From NCBI RefSeq assembly GCF_006345805.1, contig NW_021834609.1:1-46452 (forward strand): DNA of 46,452 nucleotides, in the 5' to 3' direction. The notes under the pieces were generated by a model. The model did not search any database. It worked only from the letters and a program-made list of their open reading frames with translations, and was not told where the DNA came from. The DNA is from Octopus sinensis (Eukaryota). The position numbers were made by a program, and so were the translations under genes. This document shows positions 1 through 11,738 of this stretch, piece by piece; the stretch's first letter is position 1; the number at the start of each line of letters is the position of its first letter.

Positions 1-192
1 CAGAAACAGGAATAGTGAGAGAAAGTATGGTGAAAGAGTACAGTAGGGTTCACTACCACCCCCTGCCGGATCCTCGTGGAGCTTTAGGTGTTTTTTCCTC
101 AGTAAGCACTCACAACGCCCGGCCTCGGAATCGAAACCGCGTTCCTACATCCGCGAGTATGCAGCCCTAACCACTGGGCCATCGCGCCTCCA
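1..192 (-). mobile_element. tRNA-headed SINE, family C, 5' half (runs off window start)
   Basis: Minus strand reads GGAGGCGCGATGGCCCAGTGGTTAGGGC...GGTTTCGATTCC (Pol III A and B boxes); body matches the copies at 27287-27682 and 38146-38526. Confidence 0.9.
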
Positions 193-204
193 CATAAATA
201 TATA

Positions 205-991
205 CCGTATATACTCGAGAAATAGTCAATCTCATGTAAAAGTCGAACTCCTATATTTGGCCAAAAATTTGGTAATTTTTCATAGATCCCGTATAACAGT
301 CGACCCCGTATAACAGTCGACCCTAGTATTTCACGGACAACAGGACATTTGTGGGTCAACATGACAAAATTTTTGTGTACGTAGAAATAACACTATTACA
401 AAATTGTGTAGTTACTATACTGTAGCCTGCTCTATCGGTGGAATGTTTGGTCTTTATAATGGAATTTTCAGTGATTATAGTAAAACACCATTTAACAGCG
501 AGCACTAAACATCTGTTGATGGGTGCTACATCACCATTGCTAAAATGTATGCACAGGATAGGCTGCAAGCCTACATGCAACTACAAGTACAACAAACATG
601 TGTCATACACTCGCTATTTACATGTTGAGGAACGTGTTTTCCAGACAGCACTATGGCGAACACTGTCTGAATTCGTACAAAGACCTGATTTTGGTAAGCC
701 TAAAAACATTCAATTAATCGCTAAATCAGTGGTTCCCATGCGACCTTTATATTTTACTTGGACGTGTGTTTTGATGCATAGAATTGGCAATATTACTGTA
801 ATTCCTTGTGTTTTTTTTAAATATTTTTTATTCGCTTAGAGATCATTTGTGTCTCTGCTGTTGATACGGTACTTCGGATTCTAAATTGAATTTCGGTCCC
901 TCAAAAGTTGTATCCAGGTAATAGCCGACCCCTATGAATTTGACATTCAAGAAAGGTCTAAAGAATTCGACATTTGCACGAGTATATATGG
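205..991. mobile_element. Non-autonomous Tc2/pogo-like DNA transposon (TIR element)
   Basis: TA|CCGTATATACTCGAG at 203-219 and inverted CACGAGTATATATGG|TA at 977-993; subterminal AGTCGACCCC-like repeats near 295-322 and 925-933. CCGTA termini with a TA target site are typical of Tc2/pogo-type elements. No recognisable transposase inside. Confidence 0.6.
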
Positions 992-1073
992 TAGACATTT
1001 ATAAGTTCCAACTTATACTCCGTTTATGTTGGATCATTTAATATAAATATCTATATTTTTAAACAATTCATAC

Positions 1074-1440
1074 ATAGGCGCACAAATGGCGGTGTGGTAA
1101 ATAGCTTGCCCACCAACCACATGGTTTCGGGTTCAGTCCCACTGCGTGGCACCTTGGTAGGTGTCTTCTACTAGAGCTTCGGGCCCACCAAAGAAACTGA
1201 AAGAAGCCCATCGTATATATGTACATATGTGTGTGTGTTTGTGTGTCTGTGTTTGTCCCTCTAGCATCGGTTGTCAAGCGATGGTGGTGTAATTATGTCC
1301 CCGTCACTTAGAGGTTCGGCAACGAGACCGATACAATATGTACCAGGCTTACAAAGAATAAGTCATGGGGTCGATGTGCTCGACTAAAGGCGGTGCTCCA
1401 GCATGGCCACACTCAAATGACTGAAACAAGTAAAAGAGTA
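1074..1440 (+). mobile_element. SINE family A, near full length (tRNA head, CORE-like segment, internal microsatellite, ...TGACTGAAACAAGTAAAAGAG tail)
   Basis: Colinear with the copies at 2809, 4287, 6488, 35732 and 36201; the GGCACCTTGG..AGTGTCTT segment resembles the CORE-SINE domain. Confidence 0.9.
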
Positions 1441-1540
1441 AATATATATATATATATGAAGGCTTCGAATGTCCCGTCCGTGTTTTTTGTATCGTCTTGT
1501 AAATGTTTTACGTTCTTGTCCCAGTCTGTATTTTTCTACA

Positions 1541-1544
1541 TATT

Positions 1545-1596
<52 letters not shown>

Positions 1597-1629
1597 TGTA
1601 TGTATGTATGTATGTATGTATGTATGTAT
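1541..1629. repeat. (TA)n then (TATG)n microsatellite
   Basis: Direct reading; source of the YI/MYVC ORFs. Confidence 0.95.
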
Positions 1630-2014
1630 CTGCACGTTTGTACGCAGTTGTGTATGTAAACACACACCTATGTAAGCCTATGAGTATGTGTGAGTGTGCG
1701 AGAATGCGCTCCTGTGTTCCACGGTCATTTAACTGAGAACATAAAACAAAGACATTTTGTCAACAAGTCACAGTAAAGAAGAGTACAAAACGATCTCATC
1801 ATGAAGTAGAGAACGATTGATGAGTATGCACCGATTTCGACTCGCTTTGACTGTCCTTATACGTACGTGTGAGCGTCCGTGCTTGTGTATGTACATCGCC
1901 ATCCTGTGGATGGAGAAATAGTGTGTTTGTTACTTGTATCATCCCATGGGACCGATTTACGAAGAGCATCGAAATAAGCTTTCCCCGAGAATATACACGT
2001 GTATTCACTGGCAT

Positions 2015-2186
2015 ACAAAGCACGCACGCACGCACGCACCACCCACACGTATAGATATGTATACATGTGGAAGATTCACTCTCTCTCTCACACACACACA
2101 CACCACGCACTCTCTCTCCCTCTCTGTGTATGTATATATAAATATGTGTGTATGTGTGCAAATATGTATATATTTATGAATGCATG

Positions 2187-2260
<74 letters not shown>

Positions 2261-2480
2261 TGTGTATATGTATATATATAATATATATGTATATATAATA
2301 TATGTATATATATATATATATTTGTATATATGTATATAATGTGTATATGTATATAATTATATATATATATATATATATATACACATAAATATATATGTGT
2401 GTGTGTATGTGTGTGTGTGTGCGTATATGTGCGTAAACAAAGAGAGAGCGAAAGAGATAGATAGATATATAGATAGGTAG
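2015..2480. repeat. Compound microsatellite block (GCAC, CT, CA, TA, TG, GATA)
   Basis: Direct reading. Confidence 0.9.
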
Positions 2481-2509
2481 ATCGTTTTCCTATACAATAT
2501 GACATTACT

Positions 2510-2700
2510 TTTACATGATGCTCTAACAGATTCACTGCTGATGTTGAAGTCGGTCGCTAGTACGACCTTGAGAAGACAGAAGGGCAGATCTCTAGAGAGG
2601 AAGTTCAAGATACCTACGTGTCCCGTTCACATACCAGTCCAATAGTCTCCCCACCACCAGACATTCTTCAACAACGGAAAACTGAGTACCACTAAGACCG
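2510..2700 (-). pseudogene. Possible Tx1/L1-type APE endonuclease remnant
   Basis: Minus-strand frames give ...VVGRLLDWYVNGTRRY... then, after a frameshift, [22 protein letters not shown], recalling the GRL... and hhhGDFN motifs of LINE endonucleases. Short and degenerate. Confidence 0.3.
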
Positions 2701-2808
2701 TCATCAAATGCCTTCCGGTTGAAGAGCTTCTACATACACATACACCTATATATACACATAAGCAAACACACAATCATGCAGGAACCCACAAATACACATA
2801 CACACGCA

Positions 2809-3206
2809 CTCTTTACTCTTTTACTTGTTTCAGTCATTTGACTGCGGCCATGCTGGAGCCCCGCCTTTAGTCGAGCAAATCGACTTATTCTTTGTAAGCC
2901 CAGTACTTATTCTATCGGTCTCTTTTGCTGAACCGTTAAGTGACGGAGACGTAAACACACCGGCATCGGTTGTCAAGCAATGCTAGGGAGATAAACACAG
3001 ACACACAAACACACACACATACATATATATATGTATACATTTATACGACAGGATTCTTTCGGTTTCCGTCTACCAAATCCACTCACAAGGCATTGGTCGG
3101 CCCGGGGCTATAGCAGAAGACACTTGCCCAAGATGCCACGCAGTGGGACTGAACCCGGAACCGTGTGGTTGGTTAGCAAGCTACTTACCACACAGCCACT
3201 CCTACG
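2809..3206 (-). mobile_element. SINE family A, full length
   Basis: Reverse complement of the family A head-to-tail sequence. Confidence 0.92.
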
Positions 3207-3297
3207 TACACAGATTAATTAACTCGTAGTATTATATCTACATTGGAATCGAACATGGTATAAATGGTGGCACTTAGGCACATAAATACACACACAT

Positions 3298-3462
3298 ATA
3301 GGAGCTGGCGTAGCTGTATGGTAAAAAATTTGCTTTCCGACCTCTTGACTCCGGGTTCAATCCCACTACGTAGAAGCTTAGGCATAATTTTTCTACTATA
3401 GACTCAGAGCTACCAAAGACTTGTAAGTGGAATTGTTAGACTAAAACTAAGAGAGGCTCTTC
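3298..3462 (+). mobile_element. SINE family A, diverged 5' half
   Basis: GTAGCTGTATGGTAAAAAATTTGC...GGGTTCAATCCCACT...TTCTACTATAG aligns with the family A head. Confidence 0.75.
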
Positions 3463-3464
3463 AT

Positions 3465-3501
<37 letters not shown>

Positions 3502-3555
3502 TGTGTGTTTGTGGGTGTGTGTGTGTATGTTTATGTGTGTGTGTGTGTGAGTATA

Positions 3556-4276
3556 CAAGGGTTCGACTAAACAATGGAAGCACCTAGCATCATAGCATCA
3601 TAATTTTGAAATATCTATAAAACCGTCAAAAGATTGTTTAATTGTTTTTGTCTTATTGTTAGTGTTGCTTAATATTTTGCTAAAATTGCTGTTTCTTTTC
3701 AGCTATCATCAGAGAAAGGTAATTAAAATTTATTAAAATGACAGATCTATCCGACTTTCAAAGAGGTCAAATTGTTGGTGCCAAAAGTAGCATTTGAGCC
3801 AGACTGCTTTCTTCCAACTGTTAAACATGGAGGAAGATCTGTGATGATCTAGGGGAGATATCTTGGAAATCCGCTGGCCCAATGGCTTCCCTTCATGGCA
3901 GAATTATCTGATCAAATTCATCGTATGGTTGCAGAACTGTATCCGGAAGGAAACGAAATCTTTCGGGATGATAATGCACCAACTCACAATTCAGTTGTTA
4001 CTGTATGGCAAGAGCAACATTTAGTGAAGTTGAACATCTTATCTGGCTACCACAATCCCCAGATCTCAATATATGGTGCAAATCAAGTAAGGAGTCGATA
4101 TCCTCCACCATCATCGCTACAAGAACAGGAGACTGTTTAAGCTGAAGACTGGACAATTATTCCTTTTGAACAATTCAAACTCTGTACAAGTCCAAAGCTC
4201 GTAGAATTCAAGCTGTAATTTCTGACGAAGATGGTTCTCCTCCATAAAAAATTAATTTGATTTTGTCCAACCTGTG
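3556..4276 (+). mobile_element. Internally deleted Tc1-type transposon (pseudogenised transposase)
   Basis: TA|CAAGGGTTCGACTAAACAATGG left end with a decayed inverted end TTTTGTCCAACCTGTG. Reads MTDLSDFQRGQIVGA fused to AFEPDCFLPTVKHGGRSVMI...GRI...AELYPEGNEIFRDDNAPTH (DDE catalytic region), with stops and frameshifts. Confidence 0.85.
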
Positions 4277-4286
4277 CATATATACT

Positions 4287-4704
4287 CTTTCCTCTTTTAC
4301 TCCTTTACTTGTTTCAGTCATTTGACTGCGGCCATGCTGGAGCACCGCCTTTAATCTAGCAACTCGATCCCGGGACTTATTCTTTATTGTAAGCCCAGTA
4401 CTTATTCTATCGGTCTCTTTTGCCGAACCGCTAAGCAACGAGGACAAAAACACACCAGCATCGGTTGTCAAGCAATGCTTGGGGGACAAACACATAGACG
4501 CATATATATATATACATATATACGACGGACTTCTTTTCAGTTTCCGTCTACCAAATCCACTCACAAGGCATTGGTCGGCCAGAGGCTATAGTAGAAGACA
4601 CTTGCCCAAGGTGCCACGCAGTGGGACTGAACTCGGAGCCATGTGGTTGGTAAACAAGCTACTTACCACAGAGCCACTCCTGCGTGTATACCCACTCCTG
4701 CGCC

Positions 4705-4706
<2 letters not shown>
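4287..4706 (-). mobile_element. SINE family A, full length
   Basis: Family A sequence on the minus strand; CCACTCCTGCG of the head is locally duplicated. Confidence 0.92.
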
Positions 4707-4750
<44 letters not shown>

Positions 4751-4820
4751 CGCACAGACACACACACACCACACATAATGTTTTTCTCTAATTTTCAGTA
4801 TATTAAATTTACACACACTC

Positions 4821-4939
4821 TTCGGTCGTCCCGAGCTTTAGTTGAAGACACTCGCAGAAGGTGCTGAGCAGTACGACTGAACTCAAAACAATATGGTGAG
4901 AAAGCATACTTCTCAAACCACATGGCCACGCCTGCGCAC
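4821..4939 (-). mobile_element. SINE family A head, strongly diverged
   Basis: GAAGACACT...GACTGAACTC...AACCACATGGCCACGCCTGCGC aligns with the reverse-complemented head. Confidence 0.6.
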
Positions 4940-5226
4940 AGTGTACTTTTGTCAACTAATTCCGCATTCCAAGAATGTGAATGCATAACACATGTATTGT
5001 AAATTGATATGGAAAAATATTTGTTTATCAATGGAATCAGATGTACTTTTTATAAACAGGCATGCACACATACGTTCGTATATATCCACATCGTAGTACC
5101 GATAAACAGAAGTTAGAACTAAACATATTCATGTCTCAGTATAAGAAATTGTGCGGTGTCAAGGTGCAAATTCGTTGTCCTCGCGCGACACTCAGTACAA
5201 GGAACAGAATTCATTCATACATGCGT

Positions 5227-5406
5227 TTACTCTTTTTACTCTCTTTTTTACTCGTTTCAGTCATTTGACTGCGGCCATGCTGGAGCACCGCCTTTAGTCG
5301 AGCAAATCGACCCCAGGACTTATTCTTTGTAAGCACAGTACTTATTCTATCGGTCTCTTTTGCCGAACCGCTAAGTGACGGGGACGTAAACACAACAGCA
5401 TCGGTT
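5227..5406 (-). mobile_element. SINE family A, 3' half
   Basis: TTTCAGTCATTTGACTGCGGCCATGCTGGAGCACCGCC...AGCATCGGTT. Confidence 0.9.
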
Positions 5407-5672
5407 TATGTATACATGCATGCATAAACAAACGTAAATTTGCATACGAACGTAAATACGTATATACATATATATACATATATACATTTATACATATATA
5501 CATAAATATGCAGTACACCTACACTGCCACTGTCCTTGGCCTGAATCTGCGCGTACAGACACTTAAGTATAAATATATGTACAAATAGTCTGTATGCACG
5601 TGTTGTCTCCATATATAAATGCGTTTATGCATAAACATATATACATATTCCTATATATATATATATATATAT

Positions 5673-5896
5673 ATATTAATCAAAATAAAAACATGATTCA
5701 AAGGATTTAGCGGTACATATGTTTCAGGCCTTTATTAGACGGTTTTATTACAATGCATAATTGATGTAAAAGTGTGTCTCTGGCCTTTTTACATCAATTA
5801 GGCCAGAGACACACATTTTCATCAATTATGCATTGTTATAAAACCGTCTAATAAATGTCCGAAACATTTGAATCATGTTTTTATTTTGATTAATAT
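5673..5896. repeat. Fold-back inverted repeat (~220 bp hairpin) next to (TA)n
   Basis: ATTAATCAAAATAAAAACATGATTCAAA...TTTGAATCATGTTTTTATTTTGATTAAT outer arms; inner arms ...GTGTGTCTCTGGCCT / AGGCCAGAGACACAC; 13-nt spacer at 5787-5799. Confidence 0.9.
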
Positions 5897-5961
5897 TCTC
5901 TATCACCTACACCACTAAATGGTATATACAGGTGCTTACAACAATCAAGTATTCACCCTGA

Positions 5962-6011
<50 letters not shown>

Positions 6012-6278
6012 GTATATATATGTGTGTGTGTTGTTTGTGTGTGTCTCTGTGTGTCTGTGTGTACTACATACATATTAGAAAGATGACCTCTATGTGGACA
6101 TCCATATGCTAGTAGTCGAGCCTCTGATGGTCTTACCAGGAAGAAAGGAATGGCCTCAAGAAAATTTAGCTAACGCCAGAACGTAAGCGAGCAAAATAAA
6201 TGAAGAGATACAAATTATACAGATTAATTACGAACCAGTTTGTGATTAATATATATTTATATGTTTATATATTTATGT

Positions 6279-6343
6279 ATGGTGCCCCAGCATGGCCGTA
6301 GTCAAATGACTGAAACAAATAAAAGAATGGAATCATAAAAGAG
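6279..6343 (+). mobile_element. SINE family A 3' tail fragment
   Basis: GGTGCCCCAGCATGGCCGTAGTCAAATGACTGAAACAAATAAAAG. Confidence 0.8.
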
Positions 6344-6487
6344 TACACACAAACACTTACACATATATATATTAGACATATATCATATATATATTTATAT
6401 CTTACATACACATACATACACACACATATATTTATGTATATATATACATTTATATATATATATAATATATACATTTATATATATACG

Positions 6488-6781
6488 ACCGACCAAAGCC
6501 TTGTGAGTGAATTTGGTAGACGGAAACTGAAAAGAAGCCCGTCGTATATATGTATATATATATGTGCGTTTGTGTGTTTGTTTGTCCCCCTAGGATTGCA
6601 TGACAACCGATGCTGGTGTGTTTATGTCCCCGTTACTTAGCGGTTCGGCAAAAGAGGCCGATAAAATAAGTACTGGACTTACAAAAGAATAAGTCCCGGG
6701 GTTGAGTTGCTCGATTAAAAGGCGGTGCTCCAGCATGGCCGCAGTCCAATGACTGAAACAAGTAAAAGAGTAAAAGAGTAT
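6488..6781 (+). mobile_element. SINE family A, 5'-truncated
   Basis: Starts at CCGACCAAAGCCTTGTGAGTG and runs to the AAAAGAGTAAAAGAG tail. Confidence 0.92.
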
Positions 6782-6859
6782 ACATAATATATAGTGTATA
6801 TATATACATACATACATATATATACATATATATATATATATACACATATATATATATAT

Positions 6860-7027
6860 AAACAATTCATAAATAAGGGCAAACGACAAAATTTCTAAAG
6901 CAAATATGCCGAAAAATTGGACATATTGTCCATTAACCATATAATTTTTGTGAAAAAATTATATGTCCAATTTTTCGGCATATTTGGCATTAGAATTTTG
7001 TCGTTTGCCCTTATTTATGAATTGTTT
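6860..7027. repeat. Fold-back inverted repeat (66-bp arms) next to (TA)n
   Basis: Arms 6860-6925 and 6962-7027 (AAACAATTCATAAATAAGGGCAAACGACAAAA.../...TTTTGTCGTTTGCCCTTATTTATGAATTGTTT); the spacer holds a further ATATAATTTT..AAAATTATAT hairpin. Confidence 0.9.
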
Positions 7028-7639
7028 GTAAATTTAACCTTTAAAGGTATATTTTAATATGCTGGCCATTGATAAAAATGTTTTTTCGAAAAAAGTTTTA
7101 TCCTACATTAGATATAATGTCATATATATAATATAATATTATATATATATATATATATACTACACACACACCACACACACATATATATCTATATATATAT
7201 ATATATATATATTAAGAGAGAGAGAGAGAGAGAGAGAGTCATGTATAAGAATATGTTATATATTGTATGTTCGTAGATATATATGTACTCTAAACCAATA
7301 CAACCATTAAATCATACATAGGTACTTACGTACATATTTACGTAGATATTTTTTCTGTAGCTTAAGCAAATCAGCATTTACCGTGTATGTTTAAGTGTGT
7401 GCGTATTTTAAGTACAGGAACAAGGGAAGGTAACTCTTCACCTTTTGAGTCATTTTAGGACAGGAAATATAACGGTGATATCGCGTTTAACGTTATAAGG
7501 AAGACAGGTGTTGAAGTAGATGTAACTCAGAACAATACGGTTTCCATTAAGACCAATTACTGAAGCAGTATCACTTTACATTCCAGGCTTCCATATGTTC
7601 CTTATGCGACGACGTCTCGAGATATTTGGAAAAGAAATA

Positions 7640-7683
7640 TTTGTGGTGTGTGTGTGTATGCGAATATTTGAATGCGTTTGTGT

Positions 7684-7714
<31 letters not shown>

Positions 7715-7928
7715 CACGTGTGCGTGTGTGCGTCTTTATGTTGTCTGCACACACAGACACAACACACATGAAAGCATGAATGTTTTTAGGTAGATATGTA
7801 TACATGCTTATATATATACATACATACATATATACATACATACATTCATATATAAATATATTCATGCAATATATATATACATACACACACAATATTTATA
7901 TGCAATAATATTGTACACGCACACACAT

Positions 7929-7968
<40 letters not shown>

Positions 7969-8330
7969 ATATATATATATATATATATCTTTCTCTCTCT
8001 CTCTGTCTCTCCCTCTCTCTCTCTCTATCTCTATATATATATATATATATATATGCATATATACATATGTTGATCACATTTTCCCTCTTGTGTAGTTATA
8101 GGTTCATATATATATATATATATATATACACACCACACATATATATATACATATATACGTACATATATACATATATACGTACATATATACTACATATATA
8201 CGTACATATACATGTTTACATGTATACATACAATATACATGCATACATACATACATACATACATTCATACATACATATAAGCATACACATATACATGCAT
8301 GCATACCTACATAGGTAGCGTAGGTACGTA
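7640..8330. repeat. Compound microsatellite block (TG, TA, TCTA, CT, TACA)
   Basis: Direct reading. Confidence 0.85.
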
Positions 8331-8640
8331 TGTACGTTTGCATGTGTATGCGTGTATCAAACATTCATTCATGTGCCCATGTCCTTATGCGTGTGTAAGT
8401 AGACATATGATACACACATGCAAATGACTACCACACGTGTGCGGAGAAATCCCTCACCTATCATTACAGTTATTTCTCGCTCACATCATTCACATGCACA
8501 CTAATGAGACACACACGCACAAACACACACACACACAGACACACACACACACACAGATTCATATCCACTTACAAATATACTCATACAAAACCACAAAAGT
8601 ATCAGAATGTAATGATTGTAAATTAAATACAAGTATATAT

Positions 8641-8749
8641 TATACATGTTGCAAACATTATCTGCATATATTAAACACGTTGCATACATTATCTGTATTT
8701 TTTATACACGTTGCAAACGTATATATATTATACACGTTGCAAACATTAT
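8641..8749. repeat. Short tandem repeat with TATACACGTTGCAAACATTAT core, 4 imperfect copies
   Basis: CA(C/T)GTTGCA(A/T)AC recurs four times at 26-31 bp spacing. Confidence 0.75.
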
Positions 8750-8942
8750 AGAATTCAGTTGTTAGGTCAAGCCGACACATCTGTTTCTGATATATATAAT
8801 TATCATCTACTGAAGTCTAGGTTCAGCAAACAGTTGCGATCAGCCGCCGGGCGAAACTAAGTCTAACAGATATTTTCTTTTCTTTCAAGACGAGAATTAA
8901 TAATAGTAATGATAATAATAATAATAATAATAATAATAATAT

Positions 8943-9402
8943 TCGGATATTATTATAAAAGATCAGACAAAAAAGATGTGTTTATTAATTGACATGAGTA
9001 TTCATTGCGATCACAATATAGCGGCGAAAGAATTTGACAAGATTAGTAAATATAAAGACTTGCTTATAGAAATTGAAAAAATGTTGCATCTCAAGGCGAC
9101 TACAGTACCAGTGATTGTAGAATCTCTAGGAAACCTATCTGAAAATGATTCCAGGCTTACCATCCCTACAGGAAGTGCAAAAAATCGTATTAACTAGAAG
9201 GGCTCATGTACTGAGAAGAGCATTATCGCCGTGAAAACAACATCCATCCATGAATTTATTTATTTATTAATTTTTAAGTACATATTTTATCTGTGAATTT
9301 GCGCGTGTAATCTGGGAATACATACAATGAGCTTCTCTGCCCTAGGTGTACGGAAAAAGCTCGGCGAGAATCGGAAGACAATTTGAAGAAAGAAGGAAAA
9401 AA
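8943..9402 (+). mobile_element. 5'-truncated non-LTR retrotransposon with restriction-like endonuclease (R4/Dong-like), C-terminus plus 3' UTR
   Basis: Translates as (P/S)DIIIKDQTKKMCLLIDMSIHCDHNIAAKEFDKISKYKDLLIEIEKMLHLKATTVPVIVESLG, matching the PD...D...K..KY..L pattern of the RLE domain; flanked on both sides by (TAA)n. Confidence 0.8.
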
Positions 9403-9467
9403 ATTAATAATAATAATAGTAATAATAATAATAATAAATAATATTAATAATAATAATAATACTAATG

Positions 9468-9509
<42 letters not shown>

Positions 9510-9673
9510 TTAATAATTATAGTAATCATAATAATAATAATAATAATAATAACAACAACAACAACAACAACAACAACAATAATAATAATAATAACAACAA
9601 TAATTAATAATAATAATGATGATGATGATGATGATGATGATAATAATTATAATAATGATAATGATGATAATAA

Positions 9674-9728
<55 letters not shown>

Positions 9729-9808
9729 TAGTAATAATAATACTAACAACAACAACAATAATAATAATAATAATAATAACAACAATAATTATAATAATAA
9801 TAATAATG
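9403..9808. repeat. Compound trinucleotide array (TAA/CAA/TGA), ~400 bp
   Basis: Direct reading; source of the poly-N, poly-I and poly-L ORFs. Confidence 0.95.
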
Positions 9809-10103
9809 ATCTGCTAAGTGTTATCATGTACATTGTTCTGTCTTTGTATAAAAGATGGGCTACAGCAAATAGTCTGTTCAATATCACAGATTTGCTTGAC
9901 CATAACCAGTTGAGCATGTCCCTTAGTGGCTGACAATATGTGCATCTCTGATCATGAGCAGCAGTAGTGGGGGAGCATCATAGCCAGGTGTTGAGAGGGA
10001 TTCTTTGGGGTTTGAATAAGTCACCTCTGGAAACATGGGTGGTTCGTTCAACACCCTTAAACAACCCTTATTCAGGGACCTTTTAAGCGGGATGGGTTAC
10101 TCT
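9809..10103. mobile_element. Probable unclassified interspersed repeat
   Basis: Higher-GC non-coding block between microsatellites that I recall as an octopus repeat; single copy in the window, so it cannot be confirmed here. Confidence 0.3.
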
Positions 10104-10367
10104 ATCTATTTATATATATATATATTTATATAAAATCTGATGCACAGAATGTTAGATAGTAAAAAGAGTAAATTATGAAGAGTCGTGCGAAATATGAACA
10201 ACGACGTAATTATCGCAATACATGATTAAGATCAGTGATGACAAAATAGTTTTACAGCTAAGAGATCGCATGTTCATGACTGATAACTACTATGGATCAG
10301 ACCTGTGTGTGTGTATAACACAAGCACGTTCGTGTGTTATACACACACACATACACACACACACACT

Positions 10368-10417
<50 letters not shown>

Positions 10418-10804
10418 CATACATATACATATAAGACATATGTAAATATATGTATCATACACACACAGACACACATATATATCTGTATGTGTATATATGT
10501 ATGTATATATATATATATGTATGTATTACTGTAATATATTTATGTGTTACATGTGTGTGTATATATATGTAATAATAACAATAATAATAATATAAATAAT
10601 ATATATATGTGTGCATATATACATACATATACTATCTTACTTACATGTATACATATATACATATGCATATGTGGGCACAGGACGTCACAAAAGATAAAGA
10701 ACAAAAATACGAAGTACGAGGACATGGAATAAGGCCTTTATTGCATGTATAATATATATATATGTATATATACATACGTATACAAACATACATACATACA
10801 CACA

Positions 10805-10840
<36 letters not shown>

Positions 10841-11204
10841 TAGTATGCACACATTCACATCTACGTGCGTGTTATCACGTGCTTTTGTATAAAACAGAAT
10901 TATTTTCTCTACATCCCTGTGTCTTATTCTTATCTTCCATACGTTTCCCTATACAGATTCATACAAAACCATTCGCCGAAATGCATGCAAACACCCACAC
11001 GTACACGGACGCGAATGTGAAAAGCTCGTAATAATCCAATACTCATTAAATATTTAGTTACCAATCATACAATTTCCTCTGTTTAATGACATAAGTAGCA
11101 ATATCCAGTCCAACTGAAACATTCGTTAAATTGTATACGCCTAGAAATGCAATATTCGGAGACAAATATTATAATGCCTCCAGTGACTATAAAGCAAAAT
11201 TACA

Positions 11205-11265
11205 GAGACATAAACAAACCAGCACCGGTTGTCAAGCGATGCTGGATGGTAGAACACAAACACAT
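11205..11265 (-). mobile_element. SINE family A internal fragment
   Basis: ACCAGCACCGGTTGTCAAGCGATGCTGG...ACAAACAC. Confidence 0.7.
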
Positions 11266-11350
11266 ATATACATATATCTAGCTAGCTACCTACCTATCTA
11301 TTTACCTACCTACCAACCTACCTACCTTCTGTCTGCTGCCTACCTATTTA

Positions 11351-11577
11351 TTTAGTGCCCACAAGGGGCTACACACAGAGAGGACAAACAAGGAGAGACA
11401 AACGGATTAAGTTGATTACATCGACCCCAGTGCGTAACTGGTACTTATTTAATCGACCCCGAAAGGATGAGAGGCAAAGTCGACCTCGGCGGAATTTGAA
11501 CTCAGAACGTAACGACAGACGAAATACCGCTAAGCACTTCGGCCGTCGTTCTAACTTTTCAGCCAGTTCGCCACCTT
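11351..11577 (-). mobile_element. tRNA-headed SINE, family B (Meta/MESC-like core)
   Basis: Reverse complement of AAGGTGGCGAACTGG...GTTCTGAGTTCAAATTCCGCCGAGGTCGACTTTGCCTCTCATCCTTTCGGGGTCGATTAAATAAGTACCAG...; same family at 19796, 28974 and 31041. Confidence 0.9.
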
Positions 11578-11738
11578 TCTGCCTACGTATCTACCTACCT
11601 ACTTATATCCATCCATACATCCATCCATCCATCCATCCATCCATCCATCCATCCATCTATACATACATACATACATACATACATACATACATACATACTT
11701 ATATACATAGATGCATACATACATTACATATATACTTT

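Noticed and set aside
7440-7620. Short open frames (DRKYNGDIAFNVIRKTG...) after TTTTAG
   Set aside because: No homology recognised and a weak donor; could not be supported.
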